Of a stretch of DNA of 43,732 bases, positions 9,001-16,900 are shown piece after piece (the stretch's first letter is position 1; every line of letters starts with the position of its first letter). Below the pieces are notes generated by a model. It saw only the letters and a list, made by a program, of their open reading frames with translations, searched no databases and was not told the DNA's origin. The position numbers were made by a program, and so were the translations under genes. This DNA is from an uncultured Thermoanaerobaculia bacterium. GTDB taxonomy: Bacteria; Acidobacteriota; Thermoanaerobaculia; Multivoradales; J023. Location of the stretch: positions 1-43,732 of the forward strand of contig CAZMEL010000024.1 of assembly GCA_964565225.1 (NCBI GenBank), given 5' to 3'.

Positions 9001-10107
9001 AACCCGCGAGGTACCCGGATCGAGGGGCAGGGTATAGCGGCCCTGGGAGTCGCTGAAGGTCCACTGGTCGAGATGAGCGCTGTCGAACACGATGGCGTCG
9101 GGTAGGGGGTCCCGGCTCTTGGCGCCGATGACCTTGCCGGTCGAGGTCTGGCCCGGAGTCAGCTCCACCACGAGGGCCGGGTCGCGATGCTCCTCGGGCA
9201 GATCTCGCGGCAGCTCGATCCGACCCTCCGCGTCGGCGGCCAGCACCCGGAGCTTGGTTTCCTCACCCTTGGTCCAGGAGATCTCGGCCAGCCCTTCGGC
9301 GCCGGTGGCGGCGAGCGGCAGGGCCCCCTCGGCGAGAAAGACCAGGGCACCCGCGACGGGTTTGCCCTGGGAATCGATCGCCTGGAGCGTCAGCGGCGAG
9401 CCGGCCCGGAGTTGCGGTTTGAAGGTTTTTCGTCGTGGATTCTCCAGATCCTGGGTCAACGGAAGGAGCCGGTCGGCGACCACTTCGATCTGGTATTTCT
9501 GCTCGGGGTCGACCTCGAAGCGCAAGATCCCTTCCTCGGAAGCGAGGCGGAGGTCCGCCGGGCTCCACTTCTGCGACAAGAAGCCGCGCCAGCCGAACGA
9601 GGTGGGTTGGTCCTTCGCCTGGCTGAGCCGTACTCGACCCGCGATCGGCTTTCCCTCGGAATCGAGCAGCTCGATGGCGAGAGGTCGGGCGGCCGGCAGG
9701 CGAGCGGGAGGAAGGGTGGCGGTTTCGAAGATCGGGGAGGTGAAGAGCTCGAGGGTTGCTTTCCCGGGATGGCTCGCCCGCAGACGGAAGAGCCCGGGCT
9801 CCGGCGCCAGGATCTCGAAGGTCCCGTCGCCTCCGGTCTCGGACTCCGCCAGAGTGAGGTCGTCACCTTCCAGCAGGGCTCGGGAGCGGTCGAGATCCGA
9901 GAGCACCGGGTGCAGGGTGACCTCGGCTCCGGCGAGCGGGCGCCCCCGGGTATCGGTCACCTGGCCGAAGATCGAGAGATCTGCCGCCGCCGAGGAGGGG
10001 ACGAGGCACGAGAGCAGCAGAGCACCCGCGAGTCGGCCGATACCTCGTGCTCGTCGCCGGCTCTGCATCGAACCCTCCTGCAGATTCAAGCTGTGTCGAG
10101 AGCCCAT
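5962..10107 (-). CDS. Giant secreted protein (1381 aa) built from about 12-14 tandem carboxypeptidase-regulatory-like (CarbopepD_reg/Cna-B-like) beta-sandwich domains.
   Basis: N-terminal signal peptide MQSRRRARGIGRLAGALLLSCLVPSSAAADLS. Recurring approximately 80-100-aa units begin G-x-V-x-D-x-x-G-x-P-(L/I)-A-G-A-x-V, for example GQVTDTRGRPLAGAEVTL, GRVVDEEDQPLAGAEIFL, GKVFDSQGQPIAGAMVLV, GRVVDDSGLPVAAALVMV, GWVRDEQGQPVSAVEVYL. GGAGG RBS 5 nt upstream of the ATG at 10107. The stop overlaps the oxidoreductase ATG. Confidence 0.6.
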   Translation of the reverse strand: MGSRHSLNLQEGSMQSRRRARGIGRLAGALLLSCLVPSSAAADLSIFGQVTDTRGRPLAGAEVTLHPVLSDLDRSRALLEGDDLTLAESETGGDGTFEILAPEPGLFRLRASHPGKATLELFTSPIFETATLPPARLPAARPLAIELLDSEGKPIAGRVRLSQAKDQPTSFGWRGFLSQKWSPADLRLASEEGILRFEVDPEQKYQIEVVADRLLPLTQDLENPRRKTFKPQLRAGSPLTLQAIDSQGKPVAGALVFLAEGALPLAATGAEGLAEISWTKGEETKLRVLAADAEGRIELPRDLPEEHRDPALVVELTPGQTSTGKVIGAKSRDPLPDAIVFDSAHLDQWTFSDSQGRYTLPLDPGTSRVLRATARGYQPAVEWTEGAEARGPTFSLEPATALEGTVVDTDSNPIVGAEIEARPLFTNQRRRLSRQMRSVLGRSLPDGHFRISGLTPEDGVLLRVSKTGFGPREVRLEAPIDQEPVEIVLAQGLVGKGRVVDEEDQPLAGAEIFLQPTNPPQSRRSTAFRPREETPADAVTDAEGFFEIRDIAAGRFDLEARADGFAPTQAPGLEIPEDVSPIDLGTLVMTPGAHIRGKVFDSQGQPIAGAMVLVIEQRSRMPATFLVQLVGQQEPDTTSDVEGEFTLSDRTRGEAVHVVVGKEGFLPQVLASVRAPTETPLRVTLRRGSSVSGRVVDDSGLPVAAALVMVHPEGSGSSGRYSPSSRQATSDEEGAFEVSNVEPGSATITTRASGFQEFQLSGVEIPADRPLTDLQIELAAGATIRGRVTLADGSPAIDAYVMLGDHSGTRQNKGFAATDGEGHYELSGIPYGNHRLSATDTEGRRAATSVVLDRDELEVDLVFENGVDVSGWVRDEQGQPVSAVEVYLREERRTAGFRLGNLGSTTGPDGTFRIGDVRPGTYRLRASKEGFVAREEQDTLEVDIAPLQGLEVVMTRGATVSGRILGLEYDDMVKVQVRALSRGTQTARPDYEGRYSLPNLPTGSVILEAEIPGTGRRVQESVPIPEGAVEVTQDLEFGTGFTLTGTVYRSDEPLPGMNVYVSRRDGPGASSAVTGQDGTFRIEGLEEGTYEVRVRSFDNGLSDRRELELTSDEDIRIDIFTGRISGFVRDADDSTPINDAVLRLESADPDNPGLRDQASSDVRGYFSFGEVSEGRFNVRAIKTGYATDEITVEVDAGLVIDDLELALEATEGIRFRVAQPSGRPLEGVRAAVLGASGERIASGTFETTDGGLVEISTVPSGSWELLLQGGESAVSSFRVTAPGNPGVLTLQPAASLDVTVSELESDPVDASARLVDAGGTRYRRLGWTGTVSTEISVRSGRFQISDLAPGFWTVTVEAQDGRAWTGSVQVAPGAPAQITLP

Positions 10108-10294
10108 GATTCCTCCAGCATGGAACGGTTTCCCTGGCCGATAGATCTCCAGGGATGTATACGATAGCGGATGGGAGGGCGTTGCATGCCCTGGACGGAG
10201 CTCTCCCGCGTCCGGTCGCAGGTCTCCCTACGATTTCGTTTCGAACGAAGAAGAGAAATAGATTTCGTGGAGGCCTCTCGATCGTGCCGGGCCC

Positions 10295-11584
10295 CTATGG
10301 GACATCGGTCGGCGGGGCCGTCTCGGCGCGTAGAGAGCGGAGCTGGCCTTCGAGGAAGCGCCGCTCCGGAGCGTTGCATGGGCAGTCCAGGGCCAGCCGG
10401 TAGGCGGCCGCGGCAGCGTCGAGCTCTCCCAGCTCGGTGTGCAGCTCGCCGCGGATCGCGCCCAGCAGATAGTACTTCCGTACTGCCCGGTGGCTCTCGA
10501 TCTCTCGCAGGGCTTCGAGACCCTGCCTCGGCCCGTGGACTCGGGCCACGGCCACGGCACGGTTGAGGGCGACGATCGGTGAGGGGTTGATGGCGTGCAG
10601 GCGGTCGTAGAGCTCGAGGATCGTACGCCAGTCGGTGTCCCCGTCGCCCGACGCCACGGCGTGGTGGGCGGCGATGGCCGCCTGGAGATGGTAGGGCGAT
10701 TGCTGCTGCCCCGTGGTCGCCCGCCGCAGCGCCTCGAACGCCTTCTGCACCAGTCCCCGATGCCAGAGCCGACGGTCTTGTTGGGGGAGACGCACCAGGT
10801 TGCCCTGGGCGTCGACTCGGGCGGGCAGGCGAGAGGCCTGGAAGAGCAGCAGGGCGTGCAGGGCAAATACGGCCGGGCGCGCGGTGATCGGCAAAGAGGC
10901 CAGGTGCTCGACGAGGCGGAGAGACTCCGCGCAGAGGTCGGAGCGCACCAGCTCGTCGCCGCCGCTGGTGGCGTACCCCTCGTTGAACAGGAGGTAGAGC
11001 ACCTCGAGCACGGCGTCGAGCCGACTCTCCAGCTCGGCGCCAGCAGGGAGCTCGAAGGGGATGCGGCGGTCGCGGATGCGGCGCTGGGCCCGCACGAGCC
11101 TCTGGGCCACGGTGGTCGGCTGGGCGAGGAAGGCGCGGGCGATCTCGGGCACGCTGAAGCCCCCCACGGTCTTGAGCGTGAGGGCTACCCGAGCATCGAG
11201 CGGAACCTCCGGATGACAGCAGAGAAAGACCAGGCGCAACTGGTCGTCGCTGACCTCGTCGTCGAGGTGGGCCCGGGGGATGCCCAGGTCGGATTCGTGC
11301 TGCAGGGTGTGGCGGATCGAGTCTTCCTTGTCGCGAAAGGTGGCGTCGCGACGGAGGCGATCCAGGGCGAGGTTGCGAGCGACCCGGTAGAGCCAGGCGC
11401 CGGGTTTGTCGGGGATGCCGTGGAAAGGCCAGCGGCGGAGGGCCTGGATCAAGGCCTCCTGCACCACTTCTTCCGCCAGTCCGAGGTGGGCAGGTCCGAA
11501 CGAGCGGGTCAAGGCGGCGACCATCCGCCCCGCCTCGTGGCGAAACAGATGGTCGACCAGGCCGTGAATCGAATCCGCCGACAT
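10295..11584 (-). CDS. ECF-subfamily RNA polymerase sigma-70 factor with an approximately 250-aa C-terminal (TPR-like) extension.
   Basis: Sigma region 2 (EEVVQEALIQALRRW...AWLYRVARNLALDRLRR) and region 4 HTH (LKTVGGFSVPEIARAFLAQPTTVAQRLVRAQRRIR). The overall 429-aa architecture matches ECF sigma factors typically encoded next to a YciI-like gene. Confidence 0.8.
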   Translation of the reverse strand: MSADSIHGLVDHLFRHEAGRMVAALTRSFGPAHLGLAEEVVQEALIQALRRWPFHGIPDKPGAWLYRVARNLALDRLRRDATFRDKEDSIRHTLQHESDLGIPRAHLDDEVSDDQLRLVFLCCHPEVPLDARVALTLKTVGGFSVPEIARAFLAQPTTVAQRLVRAQRRIRDRRIPFELPAGAELESRLDAVLEVLYLLFNEGYATSGGDELVRSDLCAESLRLVEHLASLPITARPAVFALHALLLFQASRLPARVDAQGNLVRLPQQDRRLWHRGLVQKAFEALRRATTGQQQSPYHLQAAIAAHHAVASGDGDTDWRTILELYDRLHAINPSPIVALNRAVAVARVHGPRQGLEALREIESHRAVRKYYLLGAIRGELHTELGELDAAAAAYRLALDCPCNAPERRFLEGQLRSLRAETAPPTDVP

Positions 11585-11609
11585 TTCTCGGGATCCGTGG
11601 GTATCGAGC

Positions 11610-11963
11610 TCAGTGCAAGGCGTCGATCTGGCGAATCTCGATCGTGCCCTCGTATGCGAGGTGAGGGCAGCTCTTCGAGATCTCCACCGCTTCGTCGTAA
11701 TCGGCGGCGCGAATGGCGAAATAGCCGCCGATCACTTCCTTGGACTCGCTGTAGGGCCCGTCGATCACCCGCACTTTCCCCTGGTCGGGGCGCAGGACGC
11801 GACCTTCTTCGTCGACCAGCTTGTTGCTGCCGATGAGCTTGCCGGCCGCCTCGAGAGAATCCCCCCAGGCCTTGTATCGTTCGATGATCTTCTGCATCTC
11901 CTCCGGGCTCATCTCGCTGAAATCGAGGGCGTTGTCGTAGAGCAGTAGCAGGTAGTCGGCCAT
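11610..11963 (-). CDS. YciI-like (YCII-related domain) protein, 117 aa.
   Basis: MADYLLLLYDNALD...WGDSLEAAGKLIGSNKL...GGYFAIRAADYDEAVEISKSCP is the characteristic YCII-domain signature. Perfect AAGGAG RBS 7 nt upstream of the ATG. Sits immediately upstream of the ECF sigma gene on the same strand. Confidence 0.8.
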   Translation of the reverse strand: MADYLLLLYDNALDFSEMSPEEMQKIIERYKAWGDSLEAAGKLIGSNKLVDEEGRVLRPDQGKVRVIDGPYSESKEVIGGYFAIRAADYDEAVEISKSCPHLAYEGTIEIRQIDALH

Positions 11964-12004
11964 CTGAATCTCCTTGTTCGGATTGTAAGGGGCTCTTCGC
12001 GAGC

Positions 12005-12017
12005 CGGAAAGACTTTC
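12005..12017. promoter_or_regulatory. Perfect inverted repeat GGAAAG-a-CTTTCC, about 45 bp upstream of the yciI-like ATG, in the divergent yciI/VOC intergenic region.
   Basis: The palindrome was read directly at 12005-12017 (ccGGAAAGaCTTTCgtc). Its position upstream of the YciI/ECF-sigma operon suggests an operator or an ECF -35-like (GGAAx) element. I found no matching -10 element. Confidence 0.25.
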
Positions 12018-12165
12018 GTCGCGCGGAGGCCGGACGTCGGCTTGCGGCCTTGGGTGCCGAGCTCTCTACGCGTTCGAGGGGATGACGAACGGGCCCGGAG
12101 GAGAATCGACACTCGCCGAAGATTTCTCGAGAAATTCGCGGTTGACGTGGCGTAGGCTCCGGATC

Positions 12166-12567
12166 ATGCGACAGAAGATCGGCAGCCTCACGCTCCTGGT
12201 CGCCGACTACGACGAGGCGATCGACTACTACACCCGGATCCTCGGCTTCGAGCTGCTGCAGGACACGCCCCTGAGCGGCGGCAAGCGGTGGGTGCTGGTG
12301 GCTCCGCCCGGCTCGTCCGAAACGGCCTTGCTCCTGGCGCGGGCCGCAACACCGCAGCAGAAGGCGCAGATCGGCTGCCAGGCAGGAGGCCGGGTGTTCC
12401 TGTTCCTTCACACCGACGACTTCCGGCGCGACTATCGGGCGATGAGGTCTCGCGGTGTGCGATTTCTGGAAGAGCCCCGGGAAGAGGTCTACGGTACGGT
12501 GGCCGTTTTCGAAGACCTCTACGGCAATCGTTGGGATCTGCTGGAGCTGGCCGGGGAAGGGGAGTAG
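12166..12567 (+). CDS. VOC-family (glyoxalase/bleomycin-resistance/dioxygenase fold) protein.
   Basis: MRQKIGSLTLLVADYDEAIDYYTRILGFELLQD...RVFLFLHTDDFRRDYRAMRSRGVRFLEEPREEVYGTVAVFEDLYGNRWDLLE is typical of the VOC beta-alpha-beta-beta-beta module. I chose the ATG at 12166 over the longer ORF-track start at 12082. Confidence 0.7.
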   Translation: MRQKIGSLTLLVADYDEAIDYYTRILGFELLQDTPLSGGKRWVLVAPPGSSETALLLARAATPQQKAQIGCQAGGRVFLFLHTDDFRRDYRAMRSRGVRFLEEPREEVYGTVAVFEDLYGNRWDLLELAGEGE

Positions 12568-12834
12568 CTCTACTTTGTCAGATTCTCTCGCGAGGTCGAG
12601 TCGGCGTTCCTTCCGCCAGGTCTCGAAGGGTCGCGTCGGCTGCGGAGGCTGCGGAAGCTCTCCTGGCGCTGTGTTCCGAAGGCTTCTTCGGCACGGTCCT
12701 CGTTGACCCGCTCGACCGGGCTCCAGGAACGCCGACTCTTACGAGAGCGGGGTCGAGATCTGGCAAGGTAGGAGTTGGCGGGTGGGAGAGGCCCGAGCCT
12801 CCGGGGTGGAGACTCGGGCTCGAGAATCAGCGAA

Positions 12835-13767
12835 TCAGAAGCAGACCGCTCCCGGAGGGCCGATGAAGGGGAAGGAGCAGAAGCCACCCTGGTAGAGGTA
12901 GCAGTAGCTGAACGGATAGGTGACGGTGGTGGTGGTGCTCGTCGTGCCGTCACAGTTGTTGGTGGTGGTGGTGGTGGTGACCTGGTAGTTGGCGCGCGAG
13001 AACACGAAGTAGGCGCCGTCGAAGATCCACTCATAACACTCGAAGCCACCGAGCCAGGTGTAACCCAGGAAGGCGGTGCTCGTCTGGGTGGTGGTGGTCG
13101 GGCAGACCGGCGGCGGCGGGTCGCAGTTGTTCACGCAAGAAAAGTACTGGCTGTTGCACTGGCCGCAGCTCGGGCGCAGCTCGGGAGCACCGGTGGTCAG
13201 GCCACGGTCACCTTCGCCCTGCAGGGGAATCTCGCAACCGGCCTGGTTCAGGCACTGGTACCACTGGAGCTCACACTGGAGCTCGCAGTTGCCGCCGTTC
13301 TGCGGCGGGGTCTCGCCCCGCGCCAGGCTGGCGTCGAAACGCAGGCCAACGATCCGGGAGCCATTGCTCAGCAGGCCCTGGCTATCGGAAGCGATCTGGC
13401 TCAGATCGAGATCGGCCAGCACCTGATCGGCGCTGGTGACCCGGACCACCACCTGCGACGAACGCGCTTCGGTCATGGTGACGAAGCTTTCCTGTGCGTC
13501 GGGGCTGGAGGCGAGAATCGGCAGGGCGAACGCCCCTTCGTCCCCTTCGGCACCGAGGGTGACCGCTTCTTCGGTGTGCACCAGGTTACCGTCGACGAAG
13601 ACCTCGATCAGCATCGGCGCACCGACGGCGAGTCTCTCGTCGATCTCCAGGAGGAGCGGCTGGAGATCAGCCGCCGGGGTACTCTGCGGCTGGAGGGCGG
13701 ATGCTCCCGCGGCGCTGGCCGTCAGGGCCAGGAGACAAAGGGTCAAGGTACAAAGATTCTTACGCAT
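12835..13767 (-). CDS. Secreted hypothetical protein (310 aa) with a Cys-rich C-terminal half and poly-Thr linkers.
   Basis: Signal peptide MRKNLCTLTLCLLALTASAAGASA. The C-terminal half contains about 20 Cys (CELQCELQWYQCLNQAGCE..CGQCNSQYFSCVNNCDPPPPVCP..) and Thr runs (TTTTQTST, TTTTTTNN, TTSTTTTVT). The Thr runs are encoded by (GGT)n/(ACC)n microsatellites, for example (GGT)6 at 12961-12978. I recognise no known family. Confidence 0.5.
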   Translation of the reverse strand: MRKNLCTLTLCLLALTASAAGASALQPQSTPAADLQPLLLEIDERLAVGAPMLIEVFVDGNLVHTEEAVTLGAEGDEGAFALPILASSPDAQESFVTMTEARSSQVVVRVTSADQVLADLDLSQIASDSQGLLSNGSRIVGLRFDASLARGETPPQNGGNCELQCELQWYQCLNQAGCEIPLQGEGDRGLTTGAPELRPSCGQCNSQYFSCVNNCDPPPPVCPTTTTQTSTAFLGYTWLGGFECYEWIFDGAYFVFSRANYQVTTTTTTNNCDGTTSTTTTVTYPFSYCYLYQGGFCSFPFIGPPGAVCF

Positions 13768-13985
13768 AAGTAAAGGTTCTCCTTTTCCAAGAAGTAATGG
13801 ATGAGGAGACGCTATGGCAAAACGGTTCCCCTCGCAGGCTCTCCGCCTGCCAATTTATTGTTACGCCCCCTCTGGACTCGTAAATTTTGGCCTGAAACTC
13901 TAATCATTGCAAGCCAAATCCGGGCCTTCCAGATGAATCGTCAGGAGCGATGAACGGCGAGTGCCGTTGAGCCGTCTGGAGGAAG

Positions 13986-16900
13986 CTACTCGGTGCTCAG
14001 GTCTCGTGTGTCGATTCGTCGCAGGGAGAGAACGAGACCTTTCATCATGTCGAGGTATTTGAGAGTGCGATCGAGGTGTTTGGTGAGCTTGCGATCGTCT
14101 GCGATCCCTTCGCTCTTGAGATGCCGGCCGATCCCCTGGACGAGAGGTAGCAGGTTCTCGTCGATGGAGACGGCCAGGCGACCGAGCACGTCGTGCACGC
14201 CGGGTTTGAGGGTCTGGATGATCTCGCGGCCTTTGGGGGCCTCGGCGAGGCTGCGCAGGGTGTCGTCGAGCCTTTCGAGGTAGGGCGAGAGATCGGCGGA
14301 TGCCGGGGTGGCTTCCGCCGCGGCCGCCGGCAGCGCGGGAGGGCGCCGTTCGGCGATGGTGGCGATGGACCGTGCCAGGGCCTCGAAGTGCGGGGCCAGG
14401 TCCGCGGCAGGCGCCCTCTCTCCATTGCCGAGACCCGCAAGGGATTGCCCCAGGTGGTCGAGGCGCTCGACCACCGCGGCCAGCTGCTGGGAAACCAACC
14501 GGGCTCCGTTCTCGAGTCGCGGGGCCAGGTCGTCGGCCGAGGTCGGCTCGGCCGCGAGCCCCTGGAGGGTTTTCTCCAGGCCCGAAACGAGTGGTGCGAG
14601 CGCCGACTCGAGGGCTCGTTCCAGGCGTTGCATCTGCAGCTCGGTGGTCTCGGCGTCCGCGTCTGCCCGGTTGTGGCTCTTGGCGGCTCCGGCGAGGGTG
14701 TCGCCGATGTGGTGGAGGCGTTCGGAGACCAGGCCGATCTGGCCGATGAGCCGGGTGGCGGGGTCGTCCTCGGCGCCACCCATGGCCTGCACTCGCGCGA
14801 AACCGCGTTTGATCTCTTCCCAGCGCTGTTCCTGCTCCGTGGTCATGACTCCCCGTAGCTCCGCCAGCTTGAGCAGGTTGTGCTCGGCACCGGTGGTCAG
14901 GGTCTGGGCCTCGCCCTGGTAGTGGTCGTCGACCAGGGACTCCAGCTCCCGCTCGTTCATCACCGCCACGATTTTCTCGGCCAGCTTGTTCATGTTGCGG
15001 TAGGAGCCCTGGAGCTGGAATCGCGGCTCGGTGCGGAAGGCGTCGTCCTGGGAGGCGGAGGAGATGTACTCCTGGTTCACGGCGAGCAGGATCTGCTGGA
15101 TTCGCAGCAGCTTGCGGAGCACCGAGAGCATCTCTTCGAGCTCTACGCCGGAGTATTCGTGGCTCAGCTGATCGGCGGCCTGGCCGTTGCCGGCAGCCAT
15201 GGCGAAGAGCTTGTGGATGTCGCCGGGCTCCCGGGTGGTGAGGGGAGCGAGCGCGGGGTTCGAGGTCAGAGCGTTCTCGAGATAGCTGAGCGCGAACACT
15301 TCTTCTCGACCCTCGAGGATGTCGCCGAGATTGTAGGTGTCGGCGCGGTTGGCGAGCATGTCGGGAATCTGGAACTTCTCCCCCGCCTCGGTGTAGGGAT
15401 TGCCCGCCATGCAGATGGCGAATCGTTTGCCTCGCAGGTCGTAGGTGCGGGTGCGTCCCTTCCACACGCCTTCGATTCGTCGCTGGGCGTCGCAAAGGGA
15501 GATGAACTTCTGCAGCAGCTCGGGATGGGTGTGCTGGATATCGTCGAGGTAGAGCAGCACGTTGTTGCCCATCTCGAGGGCGAAGTTGATCTTCTCGACC
15601 TCTTGCCGGGCGGTGGCGTTCGGAGCTTCGCTGGGATCGATGGAGGTGACCGCATGGCCGAGGGCGGGGCCGTTGATCTTTACGAACACCATCCCCAGGC
15701 GGTTGGCGATGTACTCCATCAGGGTGGTCTTGCCGTAGCCCGGGGGCGAGATGAGCAGCAGGAGCCCCATCTGGTCGGTGCGTTTGCCCTCGCCGAGGGA
15801 TCCCATCTGTTTCGCCAGGTTGTCGCCGAAGATGGGAAGGTAGACCTCGTTGATCAGCCGGTTGCGCACGAAGGCGCTCATGACCTTGGGCTGGTACTCG
15901 CCGAGCCGCAGCTCCCGGCGCTTGGTCTCGAGCAGCTGGTGTCGTACCTCCTGGTAGTGCCGGAAGCGAGGCACCCGCTGGCTGCGAAAGGTGGTGAGCC
16001 GGGCCAGGAACTCGTCCAGGCGCAGGGTCAGCTTGCGTTCCTTGATACGCGGATGTTGCCCCAGGAGATCTTCGACCACGAGCTCCTGCAGCCCGCTGTG
16101 GGGGCGGCGCTCGAGGCGCCGGGTGGTGAGCAGAGAAGCCACGACCTCGTCGCGCGCGCGGGCCAGCGCTCGGAGCTTCGGATCCCCGCCGCGGGCGAGG
16201 CAGGCGTCGAGCCAGGCGGTGGTGAGCCGGTGGCGGTTGGCGAGGTCGTTCTCGAGCTCGCCGAGGTCGTCCTGGAAGGAACGCAGGTCAGCGTTTTCCT
16301 TGAGAAAGGAAGTGAAGGCCTTCTCGAGCTCGGCTGCCTCGCCGCTGGTGGTGAAACGGACGGGATGTTGGGTCAGCTCCTCGAAGAGGTACTGACCCGC
16401 CTGGCGAGCGGCTTCTTCGTCGACCTCGAGGCCGTGTGTCGTAAGGAACTCTGTTGAAGCCCGCGACAGCTCTTCGGCGAGCTCGGTGATCGCCGGGCTG
16501 TGGCCCAAGCGCGCGCGCAGACGGCCGAGGCTCTGGGCCTGGCGTTCCCAGGTGGCCCGGGCGGTCTGCTCGCTGAAGAACGCCCAGAACAGGCAGGCCA
16601 GTGATCTCGCGGCCGGCGTGAAACGCAGGAGGTCGGCGGTGCCGTAGAGAGCGAGCAGCTTCTCCAGGATCAAGGTGGCATCGTGGTCGTGCAAACCGCG
16701 CTCGTAACCCTCTTCGTAGCGCTCGCTCGACCACCGCCGGACCACTGCCAGGAGCTGGTCGCGATCGAGGGCGGCCTGTTGCAGCCGGGCCAGGTCGAGG
16801 CCGGCTTCGCCTGCTTCGGCGGCGGCCAGCAGGCAGGCGGCCAGGTACTCGCCGCGGTAGACCCGGGGCGTCTCGGAGACGAGCAACTGGTTCCAGACGT

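Noticed and set aside
7361-9064. 567-aa minus-strand ORF inside the giant beta-sandwich gene
   Set aside because: It is an alternative frame of the same strand within a gene that has clear repeat-domain coding signal. It has an Arg/Pro/Gly composition artefact.
10119-10134. GGAACGGTTTCC upstream of the giant secreted-protein gene as an ECF -35 element
   Set aside because: It lies only about 14 nt upstream of the ATG, immediately next to the GGAGG RBS. That is too close to be a -35 box. It is probably just part of the 5' UTR.
10595-11836. 413-aa plus-strand ORF overlapping the ECF sigma and yciI genes
   Set aside because: It is antisense to two genes with clear family signatures.
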